34,067 bases of DNA from an uncultured Flavobacteriales bacterium. Lineage in GTDB: Bacteria; Bacteroidota; Bacteroidia; AKYH767-A; 2013-40CM-41-45. Shown piece by piece: positions 8,217 through 14,813 of the stretch. The notes under the pieces are model-generated. The model was not told the origin of the DNA. It was given only the letters and a program-made list of their open reading frames with translations, and did no database searches. Both the position numbers and the translations under genes were made by a program. The stretch covers positions 1 to 34,067 of the forward strand of contig CAYMMN010000001.1 of the NCBI GenBank assembly GCA_964391495.1. The letters run 5' to 3'. Position 1 is the first letter of the stretch, and each line of letters begins with the position of its first letter.

Positions 8217-9644
8217 ATGGTATTCAATTCATTTACATTCCTGATTTTCTTTTTCCTTTTTGCCATCCTTTACTTCAGGATGAGAGGAAAGGTGCAATTA
8301 CTCTGGCTGCTTACCGGCTCGATAATCTTTTGCGCTTTCTACAGCCTCAAAGGACTTGGAATCCTGTCAGGACTAATCGTGGTCAATTACTTTTCAGGAA
8401 TTCTGATAGAAAAATCATCAAGAAAAGAACTGATACTTTTCCTCAGCTGCCTGGTGAATCTGGGAGCTTTGTTTTTGTTTAAGTATTATAATTTCTTCAA
8501 TCTAGAACTGACATCATTCTTACATTCAATCAATATTGACAACCCATTACCGGTAGTGAATTTTTTAATTCCGGTCGGCTTATCCTATTTCACTTTACAG
8601 GCTATCGGATACAATGTAGATATACAACGCGAGCTGGAAGTTCCCGAGAAAAACTTCCTCGTCTTTGTTACTTACTTCCTCTACTTCCCGAAACTTATCC
8701 AGGGACCGGTGGACAGACCAAGGAATCTTCTTCCACAATTGCATCATGCACAAAAGTTCGATTACAACAGGGTTGTTGGCGGATTAAAACTTATTGCCTG
8801 GGGTTTGATAAAAAAGCTGGTCATTGCCGACAGGCTTTCGATTTTCGTGAGCCAGGTTTACGATCATACTGGGAATTATAGTGGTGTTGTGCTTTTGCTT
8901 GCCGGATTATTTTATATGGTTCAATTGTATGCTGATTTCTCGGGGTATATGGATATGGCTCTCGGTATTTCATCCATACTCGGATTTGAAATCATGCAAA
9001 ACTTCAACAGACCATTTGCCGCTACATCTGTTACCGATTTCTGGAAGAGATGGCACATTTCACTTTCTACATGGCTGTATGAATATGTATACAATCCCAT
9101 TTCACTGCAATGGAGAAATCTCGGAAACTGGGGAATGGTATTCGCAATCTTCGTTACCTTCTTTCTGAGTGGTTTGTGGCATGGAGTCGGCTGGACATTT
9201 ATGACCTGGGGATTGATTAATGGACTCGCGATGGGTTATGAATTGCGCACGGCAAAATGGAGAAAAAAAACGTTTAAAAAATTATCTCCGACGTCTGCAA
9301 AATATCTCTCCATCTCCATCACATTTGTCTTTACCTTACTTAGTTTCACATTTGTGCGCGCCAACACGGTGAGTGAAGGATGGTATGTACTTACACATCT
9401 GTTTGATACTTCAAAAGTGGTGTCACTTTTTTCTCTTGGTCTGGATCCATTGAATTTCATGCTCGCATGTCTGGGAACAGCACTCTTACTCATTCTCCAA
9501 TTCTATCAACCTAAAATAAGTTTCAGCGAAGCACTTGCAGCAAAACCAATGTTGATTCGCTGGTCAGTGTATGGTCTTATTGCCCTTGTTATTTTAAACC
9601 TCGGAATCCTTGGAGGAAAAGGATTTATCTACGCTCAATTCTAG
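8217..9644 (+). CDS. MBOAT-family membrane O-acyltransferase (DltB/AlgI-like)
   Basis: Polytopic membrane protein with the MBOAT signature FWKRWHISLSTWLYEYVYNP (conserved His) and SGLWHG. Confidence 0.88.
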   Translation: MVFNSFTFLIFFFLFAILYFRMRGKVQLLWLLTGSIIFCAFYSLKGLGILSGLIVVNYFSGILIEKSSRKELILFLSCLVNLGALFLFKYYNFFNLELTSFLHSINIDNPLPVVNFLIPVGLSYFTLQAIGYNVDIQRELEVPEKNFLVFVTYFLYFPKLIQGPVDRPRNLLPQLHHAQKFDYNRVVGGLKLIAWGLIKKLVIADRLSIFVSQVYDHTGNYSGVVLLLAGLFYMVQLYADFSGYMDMALGISSILGFEIMQNFNRPFAATSVTDFWKRWHISLSTWLYEYVYNPISLQWRNLGNWGMVFAIFVTFFLSGLWHGVGWTFMTWGLINGLAMGYELRTAKWRKKTFKKLSPTSAKYLSISITFVFTLLSFTFVRANTVSEGWYVLTHLFDTSKVVSLFSLGLDPLNFMLACLGTALLLILQFYQPKISFSEALAAKPMLIRWSVYGLIALVILNLGILGGKGFIYAQF

Positions 9645-9647
9645 ACA

Positions 9648-10736
9648 ATGGCAAAGCTGATCCTTAAATTATTTCTTTTTGCTTTGCTCGCCATTGTACT
9701 GAGCATTCCGGTGAGAAAATTTTTACGTGCTCCGGATCGTGAATTGCCATGGTCCTACAGCTTTGATGCTTTGCATTTAAAAAGAGAATACCTGTGTACG
9801 TACCCGAATCGTTTCAACCTCTTGTTTATTGGTTCCAGTTCCACACGAAGAGGTTTTGTGCCACAGGTTTTCAATGAATCTACGGACTCATCCTTGCATA
9901 TCAATTCATTTAATTACGGAGTTGACTGGATGGGCTTTCCGGAAGTGTATTATATGCTTGATCATGTTGTTAAAGAAAACAGAGAAGGCACACATTATTT
10001 ATTCATCGAATTATCGAAAATAAAAATCATTGATTACCAGAATATGCATACTGCCCGTGCTATTTACTGGTACAACTGGTCTGATTTTACTTTTACACTT
10101 CGATCCATCGTCTCTTCTCCTTCCCCACCTTTGGTTAAAGTTGCCGCTCTTTCTTCTCATCTTATTGGTTACATGGATCATTTACTCAATGTTGGATCCA
10201 TTAGCGACCGGAATGATTATCACAAAAGACAAGCGATGGTGACTGATTCCATTGCTGACATGGGCGAAGCATATAATGGTTATAGTGGCAAAGAAATCCA
10301 TGAAGATGCAGGTCGTGAACATTTCCTAAAAGACACAAGTGGTTTAGCCGCACGAAAACTTAATTCCGCACAAGCATTTGAAGAGCTGGAGAAAAATCCT
10401 GATTTGATAAAAAACTATAATCATATTTATCTTGACAGGATCAATTCCACCATTCAAAAGTTACAAGAAAATGGAATTTATCCGGTCTTTGTGATGAATC
10501 CGCGTGCCGACCCTCGACAATACAAGGAAATTCTGACAGTATTTTATAATATTGATCCTCGCTATCGAATAGAAATTGCGGACAGTAGAAAGTATCCGGA
10601 ATTGTATCTTTCACAATACGCTTCTGACGAAACACATTTGAATGAAGAAGGAGCTGTATTGTACACAAAATATCTGGCGAGAGAATTCAATATGTTAATT
10701 AATGCTTCAACAGATACATCGCGAATCCAACCATGA
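9648..10736 (+). CDS. single-pass membrane protein with SGNH/DltD-like signatures (putative acyl-transfer accessory protein)
   Basis: N-terminal TM helix. The LLFIGSSSTRRGF block (GSS nucleophile-like) and the C-terminal SDETHLNEEGA block (DxxH) resemble SGNH blocks I and V as found in DltD/AlgJ/AlgX-type partners of MBOATs. Starts 4 nt after the MBOAT stop. Confidence 0.55.
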   Translation: MAKLILKLFLFALLAIVLSIPVRKFLRAPDRELPWSYSFDALHLKREYLCTYPNRFNLLFIGSSSTRRGFVPQVFNESTDSSLHINSFNYGVDWMGFPEVYYMLDHVVKENREGTHYLFIELSKIKIIDYQNMHTARAIYWYNWSDFTFTLRSIVSSPSPPLVKVAALSSHLIGYMDHLLNVGSISDRNDYHKRQAMVTDSIADMGEAYNGYSGKEIHEDAGREHFLKDTSGLAARKLNSAQAFEELEKNPDLIKNYNHIYLDRINSTIQKLQENGIYPVFVMNPRADPRQYKEILTVFYNIDPRYRIEIADSRKYPELYLSQYASDETHLNEEGAVLYTKYLAREFNMLINASTDTSRIQP

Positions 10737-11443
10737 CCAGAATACTCATCATAGCCGACGATCTGGGAATTGATTCGCTCACCAATCAGCGAATCACGGA
10801 TTGTTATGAAAAGGGTTTGATCTCTTCCACTTCGGTTATGGTTACCATGCCCGGTTTTGAGGAGGCTGTTGAGTGGTATAAAAAACAAACACCGGAACCA
10901 AAACTCGGTATTCATCTGGATCTGGACGGAGGGAAACCTGTTTCGGAAGTTTTCAAAAGTGCTTATGGCGAAAAGAAATTATTTTATCCGGGTGGACGGC
11001 TTTCCGCTGATCAAAAATACCTGAACATTCTTGAACAGGAGCTCGACGCGCAAATTCAAAAATTAATCAAAGCCGGAATTTCTCTTCATCATATCGATTC
11101 ACATCATCACAAACATACCAATTGGCCTGTTGCAAAGATTGTAGTCCGACTTGCAAAAAAATACGGTGGAGTCAGGATTCGTGTTGCCGGAAATGTACTC
11201 TATCCAAGCGCCTTTCATAAACAAATGTATCGATCGCTATTAAACAGCTATTTCAAGAAAAACAGCAATCCACAAAATCACATTCCCTATTTTGCACGTC
11301 TGGAAAAATTTATGGCAGCAAGACCCTCAATACAGGGTAACAGTATTGAATTGATGACTCATCCCGGCATGGATCAGGACTATCAGCTGCTAAACAGTCC
11401 TGCTTTTTCTGAGTTTCTCAAAGACTATTCCCTGATCCGATAA
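10733..11443 (+). CDS. YdjC/ChbG/HpnK-family carbohydrate deacetylase
   Basis: N-terminal ILIIADDLGIDSLTNQRITDCYEKGLISSTSVMV and later HIDSHHHKH, typical of the YdjC family. ATGA overlap with the upstream gene. Confidence 0.8.
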   Translation: MTRILIIADDLGIDSLTNQRITDCYEKGLISSTSVMVTMPGFEEAVEWYKKQTPEPKLGIHLDLDGGKPVSEVFKSAYGEKKLFYPGGRLSADQKYLNILEQELDAQIQKLIKAGISLHHIDSHHHKHTNWPVAKIVVRLAKKYGGVRIRVAGNVLYPSAFHKQMYRSLLNSYFKKNSNPQNHIPYFARLEKFMAARPSIQGNSIELMTHPGMDQDYQLLNSPAFSEFLKDYSLIR

Positions 11444-11455
11444 AAAGTATTTGCT

Positions 11456-11463
11456 TAGATTTG
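11456..11463 (+). promoter_or_regulatory. candidate Bacteroidota -7 box (TAGATTTG)
   Basis: Matches TAnnTTTG about 100 nt upstream of the ATG at 11563. No good -33 TTTG at the expected spacing. Confidence 0.25.
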
Positions 11464-11562
11464 GCAAATAAATTAGTACACAAAAACCTGGTACTTGTTA
11501 CCTCTTTAGAATCTCCCCATTCCCCTAATCACCTCCGATCCAACAAGAACGAATACGTCTGT

Positions 11563-12990
11563 ATGAAAACATCCATTTCAACCGCTGCTAAAGAGAAAAT
11601 TCTAAGTGATTTACAGAAAGCGAATTTAGTCTTTCAAAAAGTTTATCCGGGTGATAAGCCCGACAGACAACCGGTACATACAGTGTATGGTGGCGCGAAT
11701 TTGTTTCGTTCTGATTCCACAAAAAAGATGGGAGAGATTGCCTTACGTAGCCTCACCTCCTATGCTCCTGATTTTACTGTTTTGGCAAGAGTTCTCGAGC
11801 TCAGTGGTCACGAATCGCTTCCTACTGAAAAATCAAAGATTACCGAGCTGACCTCCGCTCTGGATAAAATGACATCGGATGAACGTAAGAAACATCCGGC
11901 ATGGTTATCCTATACAGTGTACAAAAAAATCATCGCGAAACTGGAACACGAAGCTGTAGAAGATTTCCGTATTGATTTTGAAGATGGATTTGGAAATCGT
12001 CCGGATGATGAAGAAGACGCGACTGCAGTAAATGCCGCGAAAGAACTGGCCAAAGGAATGAAAGAAAAAACAATCTCACCATTCATTGGCATTCGAATCA
12101 AACCATTCACAGAAGATCTAAAACAACGTGGTATCCGTACCCTTGATATTTTCCTGACAACACTTCTTTCTGAAACCGGAGGTAAATTGCCCGATAATTT
12201 TGTGGTCATGCTTCCGAAGGTTACCATACCTGAACAAATGCAGGCGCTGGTTCAGTTGTTTGAAATCATTGAAAAAGAAAACAACATTCCTGTAGGCACA
12301 TTGAAAATGGAAATGATGGTGGAAGCTACTCAAGCCATCATGGATAAAAACGGAGTAAACCCGTTGCGCGGTCTCATCATGGCAGCAGGAGGAAGATGCA
12401 TTGCTGCTCATTTCGGTACTTATGATTATACAGCTTCCTGTAACATCACCGCTAAATACCAAACCATGGATCATCCGGTTTGTGATTTCGCGCATCACAT
12501 GACAAAGGTAGCATTGGCAGGAACCGGAATTTTTCTTTCCGATGGAGCAACCAATGTCATGCCGATTGGTCCGCACAAGGGAGATAATCTCACAGATTTA
12601 CAAAAACAGGAAAATACAAATGTAGTGCACCGCGCCTGGAAATTATGCTATGGTCATTCCATGCATTCTCTTCGCAATGGTTTTTATCAGGGCTGGGATC
12701 TTAATCCCGCGCAATTACCGATGCGTTATGCAGCGGTGTATACTTTCTTTCTTGAGAGTTATGAAGATGCCGCAGCCCGACTGTTTCACTTTGTAAACAA
12801 AGCGGCACAAGCGACACTTTCAGGAGATATTTTTGATGATGCTGCAACCGGACAAGGACTTCTGAATTATTTCCTGCGGGCCATGAATTCAGGAGCGATT
12901 TCTGAAGAAGAAGCACTCGTAACCGGATTGACACTGGAAGAAATTCACAGCAGGTCGTTTTACAGGATACTTCGGGGGCGGAGGAAGTAG
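11563..12990 (+). CDS. HpcH/HpaI-aldolase / citrate-lyase-beta (CitE) / malate-synthase-like TIM-barrel family protein, specific function unknown
   Basis: FRIDFEDGFGNRPDDEED (D/E-x-ED metal and substrate motif) and LKMEMMVEATQAI resemble CitE/HpcH-type enzymes. 475 aa from the ATG at 11563. The TTG at 11461 adds 34 non-conserved-looking residues. Confidence 0.5.
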   Translation: MKTSISTAAKEKILSDLQKANLVFQKVYPGDKPDRQPVHTVYGGANLFRSDSTKKMGEIALRSLTSYAPDFTVLARVLELSGHESLPTEKSKITELTSALDKMTSDERKKHPAWLSYTVYKKIIAKLEHEAVEDFRIDFEDGFGNRPDDEEDATAVNAAKELAKGMKEKTISPFIGIRIKPFTEDLKQRGIRTLDIFLTTLLSETGGKLPDNFVVMLPKVTIPEQMQALVQLFEIIEKENNIPVGTLKMEMMVEATQAIMDKNGVNPLRGLIMAAGGRCIAAHFGTYDYTASCNITAKYQTMDHPVCDFAHHMTKVALAGTGIFLSDGATNVMPIGPHKGDNLTDLQKQENTNVVHRAWKLCYGHSMHSLRNGFYQGWDLNPAQLPMRYAAVYTFFLESYEDAAARLFHFVNKAAQATLSGDIFDDAATGQGLLNYFLRAMNSGAISEEEALVTGLTLEEIHSRSFYRILRGRRK

Positions 12991-12999
12991 GTTTTTTTG

Positions 13000-13069
13000 G
13001 TTCCGAGTTCCGAGTTCCGAGTTCCGGGTTCCGGGTTCCGGGTTCCGGGTTCCGGGTTCGAAGTTCGAA
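13000..13069. repeat. heptanucleotide tandem array A (10 units)
   Basis: Counted directly: GTTCCGA x3 (13000-13020), GTTCCGG x5 (13021-13055), GTTCGAA x2 (13056-13069). Head-to-tail with no interruptions. Confidence 0.97.
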
Positions 13070-13078
13070 GTTTTAAAA

Positions 13079-13162
13079 AATCTAACAACTAAAATCTAAA
13101 TTCTAAAATCTAAATTCTAACAACTAAATTCTAACAACTAAATTCTAACAACTAAAACCTTA
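13079..13162. repeat. heptanucleotide tandem array B (11 units NNNCTAA plus one degenerate unit)
   Basis: Units in order: AATCTAA CAACTAA AATCTAA ATTCTAA AATCTAA ATTCTAA CAACTAA ATTCTAA CAACTAA ATTCTAA CAACTAA (13079-13155), then AACCTTA. Higher-order 14-nt units are visible (ATTCTAA-CAACTAA x3). A 9-nt spacer, GTTTTAAAA, separates it from array A. Confidence 0.95.
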
Positions 13163-13168
13163 AAAGGT

Positions 13169-13939
13169 CTAGCCCCGACCTACGATATTCTTCACTGCAA
13201 TCATTTTGGCAAGAATACTGATCGCGATTTCTTCAGGAGTTTCGGCGCCGATGTCGATGCCCATGGGCATATCGACTGATTCCAATTCATTCAGACCGGC
13301 AATTTTTCCTTCTTCAAACATTTTCTTTGTCATTTCTACTTTGCGCTGACTTCCAATCATTCCGAGATAAGCATGTGGCTTCTTCAGACAGAATGCTAGA
13401 ATGTCGCGGTCATAAGGATGACTGTAAGTCATGATAGCAACAAAAGTCTGATCATCGAATGGCAATACAGGAAGCGCTTGCGCATAGTGCAGATTCATTT
13501 TACTCAATCCTTCGATGTTGATCTGATCAAGATATTCTTTCCTGTCATCAATCATGTAAAGTTCAAAATCAAGTCCTGCTGCAAGCTTTGCCAATGCATG
13601 TCCGGTATGACCTGCACCAAAAATATAGAGTCGTTTCTTTTTCATAATCGGTTCTATATACACATCCACACTGCCACCGCAACACATGTTGTGTTGATGT
13701 AATAAATCATGACGGAATAATGCAGGCTTCCCTGATTTCAGAACTTTGAGAGCCTGTTCAATCACACTTTTTTCAAGTTCGCCTCCACCAATTGTTCCGG
13801 AAATTCGTCCATCCGGAAATACCAACATCTTGGCTCCGGTTTCACGTGGTGTGGAGCCATGAGTTTTGACAATGATGCACAAAGCGAGGTTAGTTTGATG
13901 TTGACCTGCTTCTGAAATGGTTTCAAAAATGTTCGGCAA
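13169..13939 (-). CDS. xdhC: XdhC/CoxI-family molybdoenzyme maturation (accessory) protein
   Basis: N-terminal LALCIIVKTHGSTPRETGAKMLVFPDGRISGTIGGGELE (XdhC_CoxI motif). C-terminal Rossmann-like LYIFGAGHTGHALAKLAA. Confidence 0.85.
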   Translation of the reverse strand: MPNIFETISEAGQHQTNLALCIIVKTHGSTPRETGAKMLVFPDGRISGTIGGGELEKSVIEQALKVLKSGKPALFRHDLLHQHNMCCGGSVDVYIEPIMKKKRLYIFGAGHTGHALAKLAAGLDFELYMIDDRKEYLDQINIEGLSKMNLHYAQALPVLPFDDQTFVAIMTYSHPYDRDILAFCLKKPHAYLGMIGSQRKVEMTKKMFEEGKIAGLNELESVDMPMGIDIGAETPEEIAISILAKMIAVKNIVGRG

Positions 13940-13956
13940 GGGATAATCTTATCAAT

Positions 13957-13964
13957 CAAAAATA
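13957..13964 (-). promoter_or_regulatory. candidate -7 box for xdhC (TATTTTTG on the minus strand)
   Basis: Plus-strand CAAAAATA is the reverse complement of TAnnTTTG, 18-25 nt upstream of the xdhC start. No clear -33 element. Confidence 0.3.
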
Positions 13965-14064
13965 CAGATAATATTTATAAGCAACATTCAGGGAGATAAA
14001 GCTTCATCCTTGACAAAAAATATTAATTTTACATCCCGCACAACGAAATTGAAATTATTCGTCC

Positions 14065-14541
14065 ATGAAAAATAATCCAATTGAATTTATAAAAGTCGCC
14101 GTTGACCTCTCGAGAGAAGGCTCCCAATCAAATAAAGGAGGCCCGTTTGGCTGTGTTGTGGTGAAAGACGGAAAAATTATTGGCAAAGGTTCTAATCAGG
14201 TTACCTCTTCGAACGACCCGACCGCCCATGCAGAAGTAGTCGCCATTCGTGATGCATGTCGCAATCTCAATACCTTTCAGTTAACTGATTGCGAGATTTA
14301 TACCTCGTGCGAACCTTGTCCCATGTGTCTGGGCGCAATTTATTGGGCCCGCCCAAGCAAAGTTTATTATGCGAATACCCGACACGAAGCAGCAGCAGCA
14401 GGTTTTGATGACGCTTTTATTTATGAAGAAATCAATATTTCCCCTGATAAACGAAAAATTGAAATGATCCATTTGCCAGATGCAGCGGCATTGCAAATCT
14501 TCAAGGACTGGATCAATAAGCCGGATAAAATTGATTATTGA
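14065..14541 (+). CDS. guaD: guanine deaminase (small CDA-fold, Bacillus GuaD type)
   Basis: GGPFGCVVVKDG...SSNDPTAHAEVVAIR...YTSCEPCPMCLGAIYWARP...AGFDDAFIYEEI. These are the zinc ligands HAE/PCxxC in a context closely resembling B. subtilis GuaD as I recall it. 158 aa. Confidence 0.85.
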   Translation: MKNNPIEFIKVAVDLSREGSQSNKGGPFGCVVVKDGKIIGKGSNQVTSSNDPTAHAEVVAIRDACRNLNTFQLTDCEIYTSCEPCPMCLGAIYWARPSKVYYANTRHEAAAAGFDDAFIYEEINISPDKRKIEMIHLPDAAALQIFKDWINKPDKIDY

Positions 14542-14546
14542 TCTCA

Positions 14547-14590
14547 AAAAGCTATTTACCCTGGCAGAGTCTTGATTTATTATAGCTTTT
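14547..14590 (+). terminator. candidate intrinsic terminator after guaD
   Basis: 9-bp perfect stem AAAAGCTAT (14547-14555) / ATAGCTTTT (14582-14590), followed by cATTTTgATT. The loop is long (26 nt) and the stem is AT-rich. Confidence 0.35.
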
Positions 14591-14610
14591 CATTTTGATT
14601 AAATTTCCTG

Positions 14611-14630
14611 ATTCCGGCAATTGCGGGAAT
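14611..14630. promoter_or_regulatory. imperfect 20-bp palindrome upstream of the hybrid kinase gene
   Basis: ATTCCgGCAATTGCgGGAAT pairs at 9 of 10 positions per half-site. The TTGCGGAAT/TCCGCAA core recurs at about 14673-14679 (inverted) and 14716-14726. Confidence 0.3.
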
Positions 14631-14813
14631 TACTTGGTAAATTGCACTATCTTAAATTGCTGTAAGCAGGAAATCCGCAAAACCTGAGAAAAACCGTTAA
14701 AATACGCACATTTTTATTGCGGAATTGTGTAAATAATTTATCTTGCATGAGCATTCATCATGCGTTTCTTTGCTGCGTGCAAAGATTATAAGATTTTATC
14801 ATTTCGTTTATCT

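Noticed and set aside
10562-10915. 117-aa minus-strand ORF straddling the junction of the SGNH-like and YdjC genes
   Set aside because: It is antisense to two translationally coupled genes with clear motifs, and it has no motif of its own.
13000-13162. CRISPR array as an explanation for the regular repeats
   Set aside because: The units are 7 nt and contiguous, with no unique spacers. CRISPR repeats are about 24-48 nt and alternate with spacers of similar length. There are also no cas genes in the window.
13940-14064. Sigma-70-like TTGACA at about 14011 and TAATTTTA at about 14024 as a guaD promoter
   Set aside because: The spacing is too short for either an E. coli-type or a Bacteroidota-type promoter, and the -7 box lacks the terminal G. 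Not reported as a feature.
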